Position numbers and translations under genes: made by a program. From an uncultured Alphaproteobacteria bacterium (GTDB taxonomy: Bacteria; Pseudomonadota; Alphaproteobacteria; Paracaedibacterales; CAITNM01), in the NCBI GenBank assembly GCA_903893805.1, contig CAITNM010000026.1:2542-66541 (forward strand): 64,000 nt of DNA, read 5' to 3'. Positions within the stretch are counted from its first letter, which is position 1; each line of letters begins with the position of its first letter. Of the stretch, positions 16,602-27,890 are shown piece by piece. The notes under the pieces are model-generated. The model was not told the origin of the DNA. It saw nothing but the letters and a program-made list of their open reading frames with translations, and did not search any database.

Positions 16602-19600
16602 ATGGTTCGCTCATTTACAGGTCGTAAGCGATTTCGTAAAAATTTTGGTCGCATCCAAGAGGTTGCGCCACTACCAAATTTAATTGCTTTGCAAAAAAAT
16701 TCTTATGAAGCATTCTTGCAGCTTAACGTAAAACACGAAAAGCGCTACAATACTGGTCTTTTGGAAGTTTTTAGTTCCATTTTTCCAATTAAGGATTATT
16801 CTGGAAAGGCTCATTTAGAATTTTTTCATTATGACTTTGAAAAACCAAAATTTGATGAAGAAGAATGCCGTACACGTGGGTTAACCTACGCGGCTCCACT
16901 TAAAGTCACATTCCGTCTTGTTGTATGGGATGTTGATAGTGACTCAGGATCACGTTCAATACGTGACATCAAAGAGCAAGATGTCTACATTAGTGACACG
17001 CCATTAATGACTGATCGCGGAACGTTTATTGTAAACGGTATTGAGCGCGTTATTGTTTCTCAAATGCACAGAAGTCCTGGCGTGTTTTTCGATCACGATA
17101 AAGGGAAAACTCACTCATCAGGCAAAATATTATATGCAGGGCGAATTGTACCATATCGTGGATCTTGGTTAGATTTTGAGTTTGACCCGAAAGATCAGAT
17201 ATGCGTTCGTGTAGATCGTCGTCGCAAACTTCCAGTTACGACACTGTTAATGGCTCTTGATAGCGATTATACTGAAAAAGCGAGAGAAAAAGCTAAATCA
17301 TCCAAGAAAACTCTTGATCCAAAAGACCTTATGGGTATGTCCCGTGAAGAAATTTTGCACACCTTCTACGAAAAAGTTACATACACAAGAAATAAAAAAC
17401 TGTGGGTAACTGATTACATTTCAGACCGTTGGAAGGGTGTTAAATTAACTCATGATTTGATTAATGCTGAGACAGGCGAAGTTGCCGTTGAATTGGGCAC
17501 AAAGATTACTCCGCGTCTTGCTAAAAAGTATGAGTCCGAAGGGCTTAAGCAAATTGCTTTTTCAGAAGAGCACTTGCAAGGCAGTTATTTAGCTGATGAC
17601 CGCATTAACATAGAAACAGGCGAAATCTATATAGAGTCTGGTGATTTGCTTTCAGCTGAGACAATGGAAATTCTGAACGACCAAAAAGTTAAGTCGTTTG
17701 ATCTTTTGAACATCGATCATGTGAATATTGGCGCCTATTTGCTTAATACATTGCAAGCAGACAAAAACCAAAATCGGGACGAAGCGTTGATGGATATTTA
17801 TCGTGCGTTACGTCCAGGTGAGCCACCAACAGTTGAAGGTGGCGAAGCCCTATTTAGAGCTTTGTTCTTTGACCCTGAGCGTTATGACTTATCAGCTGTA
17901 GGGCGCGTTAAAATGAATGCACGTTTGGGATTGAATACACCGGACGATGTTAGGGTTTTGAAAAAAGATGACATTCTTTCCATGGTTCGAATTCTCCTTG
18001 AATTGCGTGACGGAAAAGGTGAAATTGATGACATTGATAACCTTGCAAACCGTCGTGTACGTTCAGTTGGTGAGCTCTTAGAAAATCAATTCCGTGTTGG
18101 CTTGGTTCGTATGGAACGTTCTATTCGTGAGCGCATGGGCTCTGTTGATATTGATACAGTCATGCCAAATGATTTGGTAAATGCCAAACCAGTTGCTGCG
18201 GCTATTCGCGAATTTTTCGGTTCTTCCCAGCTATCTCAATTTATGGACCAGACTAACCCTCTTTCTGAAATTACGCATAAGCGTCGTTTGTCAGCACTGG
18301 GACCTGGTGGTTTATCACGTGATCGTGCGAGCTTTGAAGTGCGTGACGTTCACCCAACCCATTATGGTCGTATTTGTCCAATTGAAACACCCGAAGGTCA
18401 GAACATTGGGTTGATTAACTCATTGGCAACTTATGCACGTGTAAACAAGTATGGCTTTATTGAAAGCCCTTACCGTAAAATTCGTGAAGGTAACGTGACT
18501 GATGAAGTCGTGTACATGAATGCGTTGGAAGAGAGTCGCTACATTATTGGCCAAGCAAGTGTTGAGCTTGATGAAGTGGGTCGTATCGTAGAAGAATTTG
18601 TAACTTGTCGTAAATCAGGCGAATTTGGTATTTTTCCACGTTCTAGTGTTGATTATATTGACGTTTCTCCAAAACAGCTGGTTTCTGTTGCTGCCTCACT
18701 GATTCCTTTCTTGGAAAACGATGATGCGAACCGTGCACTTATGGGGTCAAACATGCAACGTCAGGCTGTTCCTCTTTTGAGGGCCGAAGCTCCGCTTGTT
18801 GGAACTGGCATGGAAGCTATTGTTGCAAAAGATTCAGGTGCTGTAATTACGGCAAAACGCGATGGTGTGGTTGATCAAGTTGATGGTAAGCGAATTGTTA
18901 TTCGTGTTACCGAAAAAGATAGTGATAATAAATCAGGCGTTGATATTTTTAACCTACTAAAGTTCCAGCGCTCAAACATGAGCACATGTATTAACCAGCG
19001 TCCGTTAGTTAAAAAAGGCGATGTAGTTAAGTGTGGCGATATTATTGCTGATGGTCCTGCAACTGAACTTGGTGAATTGGCATTGGGGCGTAACGTTTTG
19101 GTTTCGTTTATGTCATGGCAAGGTTACAATTTCGAGGACTCAATTGTTATCTCAGAACGTATAGTTCAAGACGATGTATTTACTTCAATTCATATTGAAG
19201 AATTTGAGTTGATGGCTCGCGATACAAAACTTGGTAATGAAGACATTACTCGTGATATTCCAAACGTAGGCGAAGAAGGTCTGCGTAACTTGGACGAGGC
19301 TGGCATCGTTTACGTAGGTGCGGAAGTTAACCCGAGTGATATTTTGGTCGGTAAAGTTACGCCAAAGGGTGAGGCACCTTCTACTCCAGAAGAAAAGCTT
19401 TTACGAGCGATTTTTGGTGAGAAAGCATCTGATGTGCGCGATAGTTCACTTCGAGTTCCTCCAGGGGTTTCTGGTACTGTTGTTGAGGTACGTATTTTTT
19501 CACGTCGCGGTATTGAGCGCGATGAGCGTTCTATAGCGTTAGAGCGCCAAGAAATTGACCGCCTTGCAAAAGATCGTGAAGCTGAAAGAGCAATTTTAGA

Positions 19601-20771
19601 GCGTAGTTTTTCTCAGCGACTGAAGGATCTTCTTGTTGGTAAGAATTTTTCATCTGGCTCAAAGAGCTTAACCAAAGGCAAAGAAATTACTGCTGAAATG
19701 TTAGCTGAGCTTCATCCCGCTGAATGGAAAAAAATTATTGTTTCTGATGCAGGAGTAATGGAAGAAATAGAGGACATGAAGACTGAGTTTGACGGTTCAT
19801 GTGCTCGCCTTCAGGCCACATTTAAGGACAGAGTTGAAAAACTACGTCGTGGTGATGAATTGCCACCAGGTGTTTTGAAATCTGTTAAAGTCTTTATTGC
19901 TGTGAAACGTAAGCTTCAGCCAGGTGATAAGATGGCGGGTCGCCATGGTAACAAAGGTGTTGTGTCAAAAGTTGTTCCAATGGAAGACATGCCACACCTT
20001 GAAGATGGTACTCCTGTTGATATTATCTTGAATCCACTTGGTTTGCCTTCTCGTATGAACGTTGGGCAAATTTTAGAAACCCACTTGGGTGCAGCAGTTG
20101 CTGGCATGGGGCGCCAAATCAATGAAATGATAGAAAAATATCGTGACAACGAGCTTGGTATTAAAGACATTCGCAATAAGTTATTGGATATCTACACTGA
20201 TAAAAAAGATCAAAAGGATCTTAAATCACTTGATGATGATCAGCTTATGGAAATGGCAAATAACCTCCGTAAAGGTGTTCCTATAGCATCACCAGTTTTT
20301 GATGGTGCAAGTCACGAAGAAATAAACAATGCGTTGACTTATGCTGGACAGCCAACTTTTGGTCAAGTTGACCTATATGATGGACGTACAGGTGAACCTT
20401 TTGATCGTAAGGTTACTGTAGGGTACATTTACATGCTGAAACTCCACCATTTGGTTGATGATAAAATTCACGCACGTTCCATTGGGCCGTACAGTCTTGT
20501 GACTCAACAGCCGCTGGGTGGTAAAGCTCAGTTTGGTGGTCAGCGTTTCGGAGAAATGGAAGTCTGGGCTCTTGAAGCTTATGGAGCTGCCTACACTCTT
20601 CAGGAAATGTTGACAGTTAAGTCGGATGACGTTATTGGCCGTATGAAGGTATACAAAGCGATAGTTAGAGGAGATGATAATATGGAAACAGGCATTCCAG
20701 AATCCTTTAACGTATTGGTAAAGGAGCTTCGTTCACTTGGCCTGAATGTGGCATTTGAGCAGTTTGAATAA
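16602..20771 (+). CDS. rpoB: RNA polymerase beta subunit
   Basis: [44 protein letters not shown]. Confidence 0.99.
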   Translation: MVRSFTGRKRFRKNFGRIQEVAPLPNLIALQKNSYEAFLQLNVKHEKRYNTGLLEVFSSIFPIKDYSGKAHLEFFHYDFEKPKFDEEECRTRGLTYAAPLKVTFRLVVWDVDSDSGSRSIRDIKEQDVYISDTPLMTDRGTFIVNGIERVIVSQMHRSPGVFFDHDKGKTHSSGKILYAGRIVPYRGSWLDFEFDPKDQICVRVDRRRKLPVTTLLMALDSDYTEKAREKAKSSKKTLDPKDLMGMSREEILHTFYEKVTYTRNKKLWVTDYISDRWKGVKLTHDLINAETGEVAVELGTKITPRLAKKYESEGLKQIAFSEEHLQGSYLADDRINIETGEIYIESGDLLSAETMEILNDQKVKSFDLLNIDHVNIGAYLLNTLQADKNQNRDEALMDIYRALRPGEPPTVEGGEALFRALFFDPERYDLSAVGRVKMNARLGLNTPDDVRVLKKDDILSMVRILLELRDGKGEIDDIDNLANRRVRSVGELLENQFRVGLVRMERSIRERMGSVDIDTVMPNDLVNAKPVAAAIREFFGSSQLSQFMDQTNPLSEITHKRRLSALGPGGLSRDRASFEVRDVHPTHYGRICPIETPEGQNIGLINSLATYARVNKYGFIESPYRKIREGNVTDEVVYMNALEESRYIIGQASVELDEVGRIVEEFVTCRKSGEFGIFPRSSVDYIDVSPKQLVSVAASLIPFLENDDANRALMGSNMQRQAVPLLRAEAPLVGTGMEAIVAKDSGAVITAKRDGVVDQVDGKRIVIRVTEKDSDNKSGVDIFNLLKFQRSNMSTCINQRPLVKKGDVVKCGDIIADGPATELGELALGRNVLVSFMSWQGYNFEDSIVISERIVQDDVFTSIHIEEFELMARDTKLGNEDITRDIPNVGEEGLRNLDEAGIVYVGAEVNPSDILVGKVTPKGEAPSTPEEKLLRAIFGEKASDVRDSSLRVPPGVSGTVVEVRIFSRRGIERDERSIALERQEIDRLAKDREAERAILERSFSQRLKDLLVGKNFSSGSKSLTKGKEITAEMLAELHPAEWKKIIVSDAGVMEEIEDMKTEFDGSCARLQATFKDRVEKLRRGDELPPGVLKSVKVFIAVKRKLQPGDKMAGRHGNKGVVSKVVPMEDMPHLEDGTPVDIILNPLGLPSRMNVGQILETHLGAAVAGMGRQINEMIEKYRDNELGIKDIRNKLLDIYTDKKDQKDLKSLDDDQLMEMANNLRKGVPIASPVFDGASHEEINNALTYAGQPTFGQVDLYDGRTGEPFDRKVTVGYIYMLKLHHLVDDKIHARSIGPYSLVTQQPLGGKAQFGGQRFGEMEVWALEAYGAAYTLQEMLTVKSDDVIGRMKVYKAIVRGDDNMETGIPESFNVLVKELRSLGLNVAFEQFE

Positions 20772-20842
20772 TTTCTGTGGGGAACCTGGGTTCCCCATAT
20801 TTACTAAATCTAATTTTTTTACATTTTGTTCGGGAGTAAGGC

Positions 20843-23800
20843 ATGAACCGAGAGATTAAACGAAGCTTCAACGCAATGGATGTTCTTCCAGATTTTGATG
20901 CTATTCGAATTACTATTGCAACGGCAGAACGTATTCGTTCTTGGTCATATGGGGAAGTAAAAAAGCCTGAAACTATTAACTATCGTACCTTCAAACCTGA
21001 ACGAGACGGTTTGTTTTGTGCGCGTATTTTTGGTCCGGTAAAAGACTACGAATGTTTGTGCGGAAAATACAAACGCATGAAGTATCGCGGTGTGATATGC
21101 GAAAAATGTGGAGTTGAAGTTACGCTAAGTAAGGTCCGTCGTGACCGTATGGGGCACATCGAATTGGCGGCTCCTGTTGCTCACATTTGGTTTACAAAAT
21201 CTTTGCCTAGTCGCGCAGGAATGCTGCTTGATATTGCCCTAAAAGACCTTGAAAAAATTCTGTATTTTGAAAGTTACGTTGTTCTTGATCCAGGTATGAC
21301 AGCAATGTCTTATGGGCAGTTATTGGCTGAAGAAGAATTCATGCAAGCGCAAGATGAATATGGCGAAGAAGCTTTTAATGCAGGCATTGGTGCTGAAGCA
21401 TTACGTGAAATGCTGCGCAAGATTGAGCCTAAGAGCGAAAGTGAAAAGCTTCGTCAAGATCTTATAGAATGTTCGTCTGAAATACGTCGCAAAAAGATAA
21501 TGAAGCGCTTGAAGCTTCTAGAGGCATTTTTAGAATCGAATACGCCTCCTGAGTGTTTGGTAATGGAAGTTATTCCGGTAATTCCACCTGAGCTACGTCC
21601 ATTGGTTCCGCTTGATGGTGGTCGATTTGCTACATCAGATTTAAATGACTTATATCGCCGCGTTATTAACAGAAATAATCGTTTGAAGCGTCTTATTGAA
21701 CTTCGTGCACCAGAAATAATTATTCGCAATGAAAAGCGTATGCTTCAAGAATCAGTCGATGCGTTGTTTGACAACGGTCGTCGTGGTCGTGCGATTACTG
21801 GTACAAATAAGCGTCCTCTAAAATCGCTAGCAGATATGCTTAAGGGTAAACAGGGTCGTTTCCGCCAAAACCTACTAGGTAAGCGTGTTGACTATTCTGG
21901 TCGTTCTGTGATTGTGGTTGGTCCTGAGTTGAAATTGCACCAATGTGGTCTTCCTAAGAAGATGGCTTTGGAGTTATTCCGTCCATTTATTTACGCAAGA
22001 TTAGAACGCTATGGACTTGCTAGCACGCTAAAGGCTGCTAAGAGAATGGTTGAAAAAGAACGTCCTGAGGTTTGGGATGTCCTTGAAGATGTAATTCGCG
22101 AGCACCCAGTGCTGCTGAACCGCGCACCAACTCTTCACCGATTAGGTATTCAGGCTTTTGAGCCTGTGCTTATCGAAGGTAAGGCAATTCAATTGCATCC
22201 GCTTGTTTGTACAGCATTTAACGCTGACTTCGACGGAGACCAAATGGCGGTGCATATACCACTTTCTTTAGAGGCACAGCTTGAAGCGCGTGTGTTGATG
22301 ATGTCGACAAACAACATCCTCAGCCCATCTAGCGGACGTCCAATTATCGTTCCTTCTAAAGATATTGTTCTTGGAATATATTACTTGAGCTTAATTGCTG
22401 ATGGGATGCCTGGTGAGGGGAGTCTTATTTCAGATATTTCTGAAGTTGAACACGCTCTATCACAAGGTCATTTACACATTCACTCAAAAGTAAAAGCTCG
22501 AGTTCCTGTTTATCACGAAGATGGAAGTGTTACCTATCAGCGTGTAGACACAACACCTGGTCGTTTGTTCCTTGGTAACTATTTACCAAAGCATTACAAA
22601 ATGCCTTATGAACTTGTAAACCAAGTAATGACTTCAAATGAAATCAGCTCTCTAGTTGATGATGTTTACCGTCACTGCGGACAAAAAGAAACAGTTATCT
22701 TTGTTGATCGCATTATGACTCTAGGCTTCACTTACATGACTAAGAGCGGAGTTTCCTTTGGTAAAGACGATTTGATTGTTCCAAAAGAAAAAGAAGTATT
22801 GATTGGCCAAACAAAATCTGCTGTTGCGGAATATGAGCAGCAATATCTCGATGGTTTAATTACTCAAGGTGAAAAATACAACAAAGTTGTTGATGCTTGG
22901 GGACGATGCACTGATAAAGTTGGTGACGCCATGTTACAAGCAATGTCAAAGAATCTTCCAGGTGAGCCGTTTAATGCGGTTTACATGATGATTCATTCAA
23001 AGGCTCGTGGTTCAGTCACACAGATGCGTCAGATGGCGGGTATGCGTGGTTTGATGACAAGACCGTCTGGTGACATCATGGAAACGCCAATTATTTCAAA
23101 CTTCAAAGAAGGTTTGCACGTTCTTGAATATTTCATTTCAACCCATGGTGCACGTAAAGGTCTTTCAGATACAGCTTTGAAAACAGCTAACTCAGGGTAC
23201 TTAACGCGTCGTTTAGTTGACGTTGCTCAAGATTGCATCATTGTTGCTGATGATTGTGGAACCACACAAGGTATACACATGAGATCAGTTGTTGAGGGTG
23301 CTAACACAGTGGTTCCATTGACTGATCGTATTTTGGGACGTACTGCATCAGAAGATATTGTCCATCCATTAACGAATGCAGTTATTGTTGCTGCAGGTGA
23401 AATGATTTTAGAAGATACCGCTGAACTTATTAGTGAGGCTAGTATTCATGAAGTCAGAATTCGTTCTGTTTTGACCTGTGAAATGGAAACGGCTATTTGC
23501 GCTAAGTGCTATGGACGTGACTTAGCTCGTGGAACCACTGTAAACGTAGGCGAAGCAGTTGGTGTTATAGCTGCTCAGTCAATTGGAGAGCCTGGTACAC
23601 AGTTAACCATGCGTACTTTCCATATGGGTGGTGCTGCTCAACGAAGTGCTGAGCAATCGAGCATAGAAAGCTCAATGCCTGGTAAAGTTAGGTATAAAAA
23701 TATTAATGCGATTGACAACGCATCTGGTCAAAGTGTTGTGCTTTCACGTAATGGTGAAGTCATTGTTCTTGATGATCAGAATCGTGAGCGTGTGCATTAT

Positions 23801-25000
23801 CGAATTCAATACGGAGCAAAACTTTTGATAAAAGAAGGTGCTGCTATTAAACAGGGGCAAAAAATTGCTGAATGGGACGCATATACAATTCCTGTAATAA
23901 CAGAAAAAGAAGGTATAGCTCACTTCGTTGACTTGATTGATAGCGTAACTATGCGAGAGGTGATTGATGAATCTACTGGTATTTCCAGTCGTGCAGTTAT
24001 TGATGCTAAATCATCTCGTACAAGCGCTGAGCTTCGCCCAATGATTAGCATGCGCGATGCAAAAGGCAATCCAATCAAATTATCAAACGGCCTTGAAGCA
24101 CGTTACTTCTTGCCAATTGATGCAATTATTTCTGTTGAAAATGGTGTTAATATTCCTGCTGGTGAAGTGATTGCGCGCATCCCTCGTGAAACTTCAAAAA
24201 CACGCGACATTACTGGTGGTTTGCCACGAGTTTCTGAGTTGTTTGAAGCACGTCAACCTAAAGATGCAGCAATCATTGCCGAGTTTGATGGAAAAATTGA
24301 ATTTGGTAAGGACTATAAAGCGAAACGCCGTATCATTGTCACACCTGAAAATGATGCTTTGCAACCAGTAGAATATTTGGTGCCTCGCGGTAGACATATC
24401 GTTATTCAAGAAGGTGATTATGTGAGAAAAGGTGACCTTGTAGTTGAAGGTAATCCTGTTCCTCATGACATTTTGCGCGTTATGGGCGTTGAAGCCTTGG
24501 CTGTGTATTTAGTCAGCGAAATTCAACAAGTATATCGTTTGCAAGGTATTGCTATTAACGATAAGCATATCGAAGTTATTGTGCGTCAAATGTTACAAAA
24601 AACTGAGGTGTATGATGCTGGAGACACCAACTTTATTGTTGGAGATCACGTAGATCGAGTTATTTATGATCATACAAATAATGCTCTTATTAAAGAAGGT
24701 AAGCGTCCTGCTTCAGGTCAGCCTATTCTTCAAGGCATTACAAAAGCGTCGCTGCACACGAAATCATTTATTTCAGCGGCATCCTTCCAAGAAACTACAC
24801 GTGTTCTAACAGAAGCCGCTGTTTCTGGTAAACTTGATGTTTTGGCTGGACTGAAAGAAAACGTGATTGTGGGTCGTTTGATCCCTGCAGGTACAGGTAG
24901 TGCTATGCGTCGCATGAAAGCAACAGCCCAAGATCGTGATAAAGCTTTACTGATTCAAGCTGCTCCTAAAGACAAGGATACTAAGCAGTCTGTTGCTTAG
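20843..25000 (+). CDS. rpoC: RNA polymerase beta' subunit
   Basis: [12 protein letters not shown], zinc finger [28 protein letters not shown]. Confidence 0.99.
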   Translation: MNREIKRSFNAMDVLPDFDAIRITIATAERIRSWSYGEVKKPETINYRTFKPERDGLFCARIFGPVKDYECLCGKYKRMKYRGVICEKCGVEVTLSKVRRDRMGHIELAAPVAHIWFTKSLPSRAGMLLDIALKDLEKILYFESYVVLDPGMTAMSYGQLLAEEEFMQAQDEYGEEAFNAGIGAEALREMLRKIEPKSESEKLRQDLIECSSEIRRKKIMKRLKLLEAFLESNTPPECLVMEVIPVIPPELRPLVPLDGGRFATSDLNDLYRRVINRNNRLKRLIELRAPEIIIRNEKRMLQESVDALFDNGRRGRAITGTNKRPLKSLADMLKGKQGRFRQNLLGKRVDYSGRSVIVVGPELKLHQCGLPKKMALELFRPFIYARLERYGLASTLKAAKRMVEKERPEVWDVLEDVIREHPVLLNRAPTLHRLGIQAFEPVLIEGKAIQLHPLVCTAFNADFDGDQMAVHIPLSLEAQLEARVLMMSTNNILSPSSGRPIIVPSKDIVLGIYYLSLIADGMPGEGSLISDISEVEHALSQGHLHIHSKVKARVPVYHEDGSVTYQRVDTTPGRLFLGNYLPKHYKMPYELVNQVMTSNEISSLVDDVYRHCGQKETVIFVDRIMTLGFTYMTKSGVSFGKDDLIVPKEKEVLIGQTKSAVAEYEQQYLDGLITQGEKYNKVVDAWGRCTDKVGDAMLQAMSKNLPGEPFNAVYMMIHSKARGSVTQMRQMAGMRGLMTRPSGDIMETPIISNFKEGLHVLEYFISTHGARKGLSDTALKTANSGYLTRRLVDVAQDCIIVADDCGTTQGIHMRSVVEGANTVVPLTDRILGRTASEDIVHPLTNAVIVAAGEMILEDTAELISEASIHEVRIRSVLTCEMETAICAKCYGRDLARGTTVNVGEAVGVIAAQSIGEPGTQLTMRTFHMGGAAQRSAEQSSIESSMPGKVRYKNINAIDNASGQSVVLSRNGEVIVLDDQNRERVHYRIQYGAKLLIKEGAAIKQGQKIAEWDAYTIPVITEKEGIAHFVDLIDSVTMREVIDESTGISSRAVIDAKSSRTSAELRPMISMRDAKGNPIKLSNGLEARYFLPIDAIISVENGVNIPAGEVIARIPRETSKTRDITGGLPRVSELFEARQPKDAAIIAEFDGKIEFGKDYKAKRRIIVTPENDALQPVEYLVPRGRHIVIQEGDYVRKGDLVVEGNPVPHDILRVMGVEALAVYLVSEIQQVYRLQGIAINDKHIEVIVRQMLQKTEVYDAGDTNFIVGDHVDRVIYDHTNNALIKEGKRPASGQPILQGITKASLHTKSFISAASFQETTRVLTEAAVSGKLDVLAGLKENVIVGRLIPAGTGSAMRRMKATAQDRDKALLIQAAPKDKDTKQSVA

Positions 25001-25020
25001 GTGCTAGAATCTAAATAAAT

Positions 25021-25050
25021 AAAAAAGCAAGCTTTATGCTTGTTTTTTTA
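25021..25050. terminator. Terminator after rpoC
   Basis: aaaaaagcaagc-tttat-gcttgttttttt. Confidence 0.75.
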
Positions 25051-25094
25051 TTTTCTAATTGGTATTTTAATCTTTCATTTTCCAGTTTGGTTTT

Positions 25095-26306
25095 ATGAAT
25101 ATTGCTAAATCTAAAATTCCTTTATCTATCTGGGCTATTGGCTTTGCCAGTATGTTGCTTAACATCTCCACGGTTATGGTATTTGGTGTTGTTGCGCTTT
25201 ACTTAAAGCAAATTCTGGGCGCAGGCACTGGCTTTATCGTAATGCTTGAAGGGTTTTTTGAAGCCATGGCCTTTGTCATGAAGCTTCTTTCCGGCTTAAT
25301 CAGTGATTACTTGCGTCGCCCGAAAAAAGTTATGGTCATTGGCTTTGCTATGGTCACCATCGCAAAACCAATATTTGCCCTTTTTGCAACGGTTCCTATG
25401 GTGATTATTGCCAGACTCCTTGATCGCTTGGGTAACGGTATGCAATCTACTCCACGCGACGCTTTGGTTGGTGATTTAGCGCCTGATGGAACGAAGGGGG
25501 CATGCTTTGGCTTGCGTCAAAGCATGGCTACTGCAGGTTCATTCGTTGGTGGTGTGCTTGGAATTGTTGCTATGACCATGACTGATCAAAATATTCAGCA
25601 GGTTTTTATGTGGGCAAGTATTCCAGCTGCTGTGGGATTTTTCTTGTTACTCTTTTTTGTTAAAGACCCCCATGAAAAAGAAGTAACCGCAGATAAAAAA
25701 CCCATACGTCACCCGTTGCACCTTAAAGATTTAGCAAGATTGGGCAAGCCTTACTGGCTGCTAATGATTGTTGCTATGGTGTTTATGAGCTCACGCATTG
25801 GAGAGTCCATGCTAGTTTTGCATGCTATTCAAAGTTTTGGTATGGACCCTAGTTTTGCTCATGGGATTTTAATTTTATATAACTGCACAAATTCGCTATT
25901 TTCCTATCCCGTTGGCATGCTTTCTGATCGTCTAGGTCGCTATGGGTTTTTAGCATTAAGCTTTGTGATACTGATCGTGGCCGATGCATTTCTAGCCTTT
26001 TCTAGTAGCCTTCCTTTAATGCTTATTGGAGTGGCGCTTTGGGGTATTCAAATCGGCATGAGTCAAGACATGTTTTTGTGCATCATCGCAGATCAAATTC
26101 CAGAGGACTTACGAGGAACAGGCATAGGTTTTTATTACCTTATCAACGCAAGTGGCATATTGCTTGCTGGCTTCATTGGTGGTTCTCTTGCCGATAAGTA
26201 CGATCAATTTGTAACGTTCATGGGTAGCGGAGCGATTGCTTTGCTCGCTTTGATCTTGTTAATGATATTACGTCCTGCGATTGATTCTAAGAATCAAGAA
26301 ATTTAG
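25095..26306 (+). CDS. MFS transporter
   Basis: About 12 TM helices; motif A SGLISDYLRRPK and GMLSDRLGR. Confidence 0.9.
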   Translation: MNIAKSKIPLSIWAIGFASMLLNISTVMVFGVVALYLKQILGAGTGFIVMLEGFFEAMAFVMKLLSGLISDYLRRPKKVMVIGFAMVTIAKPIFALFATVPMVIIARLLDRLGNGMQSTPRDALVGDLAPDGTKGACFGLRQSMATAGSFVGGVLGIVAMTMTDQNIQQVFMWASIPAAVGFFLLLFFVKDPHEKEVTADKKPIRHPLHLKDLARLGKPYWLLMIVAMVFMSSRIGESMLVLHAIQSFGMDPSFAHGILILYNCTNSLFSYPVGMLSDRLGRYGFLALSFVILIVADAFLAFSSSLPLMLIGVALWGIQIGMSQDMFLCIIADQIPEDLRGTGIGFYYLINASGILLAGFIGGSLADKYDQFVTFMGSGAIALLALILLMILRPAIDSKNQEI

Positions 26307-26308
26307 TT

Positions 26309-27301
26309 CTACTTTTTAGAAAGACGCTGTATTGCTATAGTTTGCTTATGCCAATCACGAATTGGAATAGCAGGCGAACCTGAAATAGTTTCACCGGCAG
26401 GCACATCTCTCATCAAGCCACTTTGTGCTGCAATTTTTACGCCATCACCAATTGTTAGGTGTCCTGCAATTCCTACTTGCCCTCCTGCAATCACAAATTT
26501 ACCTAATTTGGCGCTTCCAGCAATTCCTACCTGCGATACAATGACGCAGCCATCGCCCAGCTCAACGTTGTGGGCAATTTGAACTAGGTTATCAATACGA
26601 CAAAAATTTCCGATAACAGTATCATGCTGACTGCCGCGATCAATTGTTGTATTTGCTCCAATTTGCACATCGTTACCAATGCGTACGCATCCAATCTGCG
26701 GAATATCAAAATGTCCTCTTTCGTCCATATGAAAGCCAAATCCTGGTTGTCCTATACAAGCACCAGGCTTAACATATAGTCGGTCTCCAGCAAGCGTATT
26801 AGTCATAATAACGCCATGCTCAAGTAAGCTATCACTACCGATACTTACGTGATCACCAATCACACAACTGCTACGAATAATTGTATTATCGCCAATTTGA
26901 GCAAAAGATTTGACTACAGCAAAGGCTTCTATCTGACAATTTTTTCCAATTCTAGCAGATGGGTGAATGTCGGCTAATTTAGAAATTTCTCCAGTGGATT
27001 GCGGTTTTGCGTAGAAATACAAAGCTGCTTTTCCAAATGCTCGGTAAGGTGTTGGCGTAAATAAACCTATTACATCGTTTTTTAGCAAATGTTTATCTTC
27101 TTCTTTTAAAATACAAAACCCGCTTTTTGCTTCTGTTAAAGACGCTTTATATTTTGTGTTGTGATAACACCCAATAATGCCCTCTTGAAGGTTATCTAGC
27201 GGTCCCACGTTTTTAACGAGCAGGCCAGAAGCATCAACTTTTGCATCAATAATTTGTGCCAACTCCTCAATAAAAATAGGGAGAGATTTTTGAAAAAACA
27301 T
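26309..27301 (-). CDS. lpxD: UDP-3-O-acylglucosamine N-acyltransferase
   Basis: Hexapeptide repeats; IGANTTIDRG, KIDNLVQIAHN-like, GGQVGIAGH. Confidence 0.95.
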   Translation of the reverse strand: MFFQKSLPIFIEELAQIIDAKVDASGLLVKNVGPLDNLQEGIIGCYHNTKYKASLTEAKSGFCILKEEDKHLLKNDVIGLFTPTPYRAFGKAALYFYAKPQSTGEISKLADIHPSARIGKNCQIEAFAVVKSFAQIGDNTIIRSSCVIGDHVSIGSDSLLEHGVIMTNTLAGDRLYVKPGACIGQPGFGFHMDERGHFDIPQIGCVRIGNDVQIGANTTIDRGSQHDTVIGNFCRIDNLVQIAHNVELGDGCVIVSQVGIAGSAKLGKFVIAGGQVGIAGHLTIGDGVKIAAQSGLMRDVPAGETISGSPAIPIRDWHKQTIAIQRLSKK

Positions 27302-27303
27302 TG

Positions 27304-27888
27304 CTATTCCTTTATCTCTTGAATATTAGGAATCCTTTTGTTCAAAAGCTTAATAATGGCGTCAGTATGATTTAAACTATCATCAGCCACTAGGGCAATT
27401 CGTTGGTCATTGGTTGCTGTATTTAAAAAAAGGTCAATTTTATACTTTTTACTGAAATTTCGAATAATGCTCTCTAACTCAGATTCTATGGCCAGAGCAG
27501 TTCGTTCAAATTTTTGTTTTATTGACTCACGTTCATGATGAAAATGTTGATCTAACTCAGCAACTTTTATATCAAGCGCTGATTTGCGTTTTGCTAATTC
27601 TTCTGCTTTTGCATGTTTTTTTTGTTGCAGCGATTGTAGTTCGTCGTATTCTTTGCGCATGCTTTTTTCAAGAACTTCAAGATGTTCTTTTGCTTTTGCA
27701 AGCGCATCAAAATCTTGTTTATGCAATTGTTGAAATGGCTCTGCCTGAGAGCGAACGCGTTCCATGTTGACTAAACCAATGGTAAGACCGGTAGTTTTGT
27801 AGTTTGGCTTTAATACAAAATAAGCGGCTGTTACGGTAATTACCGCTAAGACAACGTGGAATACATATGGTGTAAAGCGCTTAAACAT
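27304..27888 (-). CDS. skp: OmpH/Skp periplasmic chaperone
   Basis: IGLVNMERV, coiled coil; position between bamA and lpxD. Confidence 0.8.
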   Translation of the reverse strand: MFKRFTPYVFHVVLAVITVTAAYFVLKPNYKTTGLTIGLVNMERVRSQAEPFQQLHKQDFDALAKAKEHLEVLEKSMRKEYDELQSLQQKKHAKAEELAKRKSALDIKVAELDQHFHHERESIKQKFERTALAIESELESIIRNFSKKYKIDLFLNTATNDQRIALVADDSLNHTDAIIKLLNKRIPNIQEIKE

Positions 27889-27890
27889 TG

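Noticed and set aside
18380-18410. RpoB PEGQNIGL (Gln at the E. coli P564 position) as rifampicin resistance
   Set aside because: I recall this variant in Rickettsiales as a lineage trait; the other cluster I residues look wild type.
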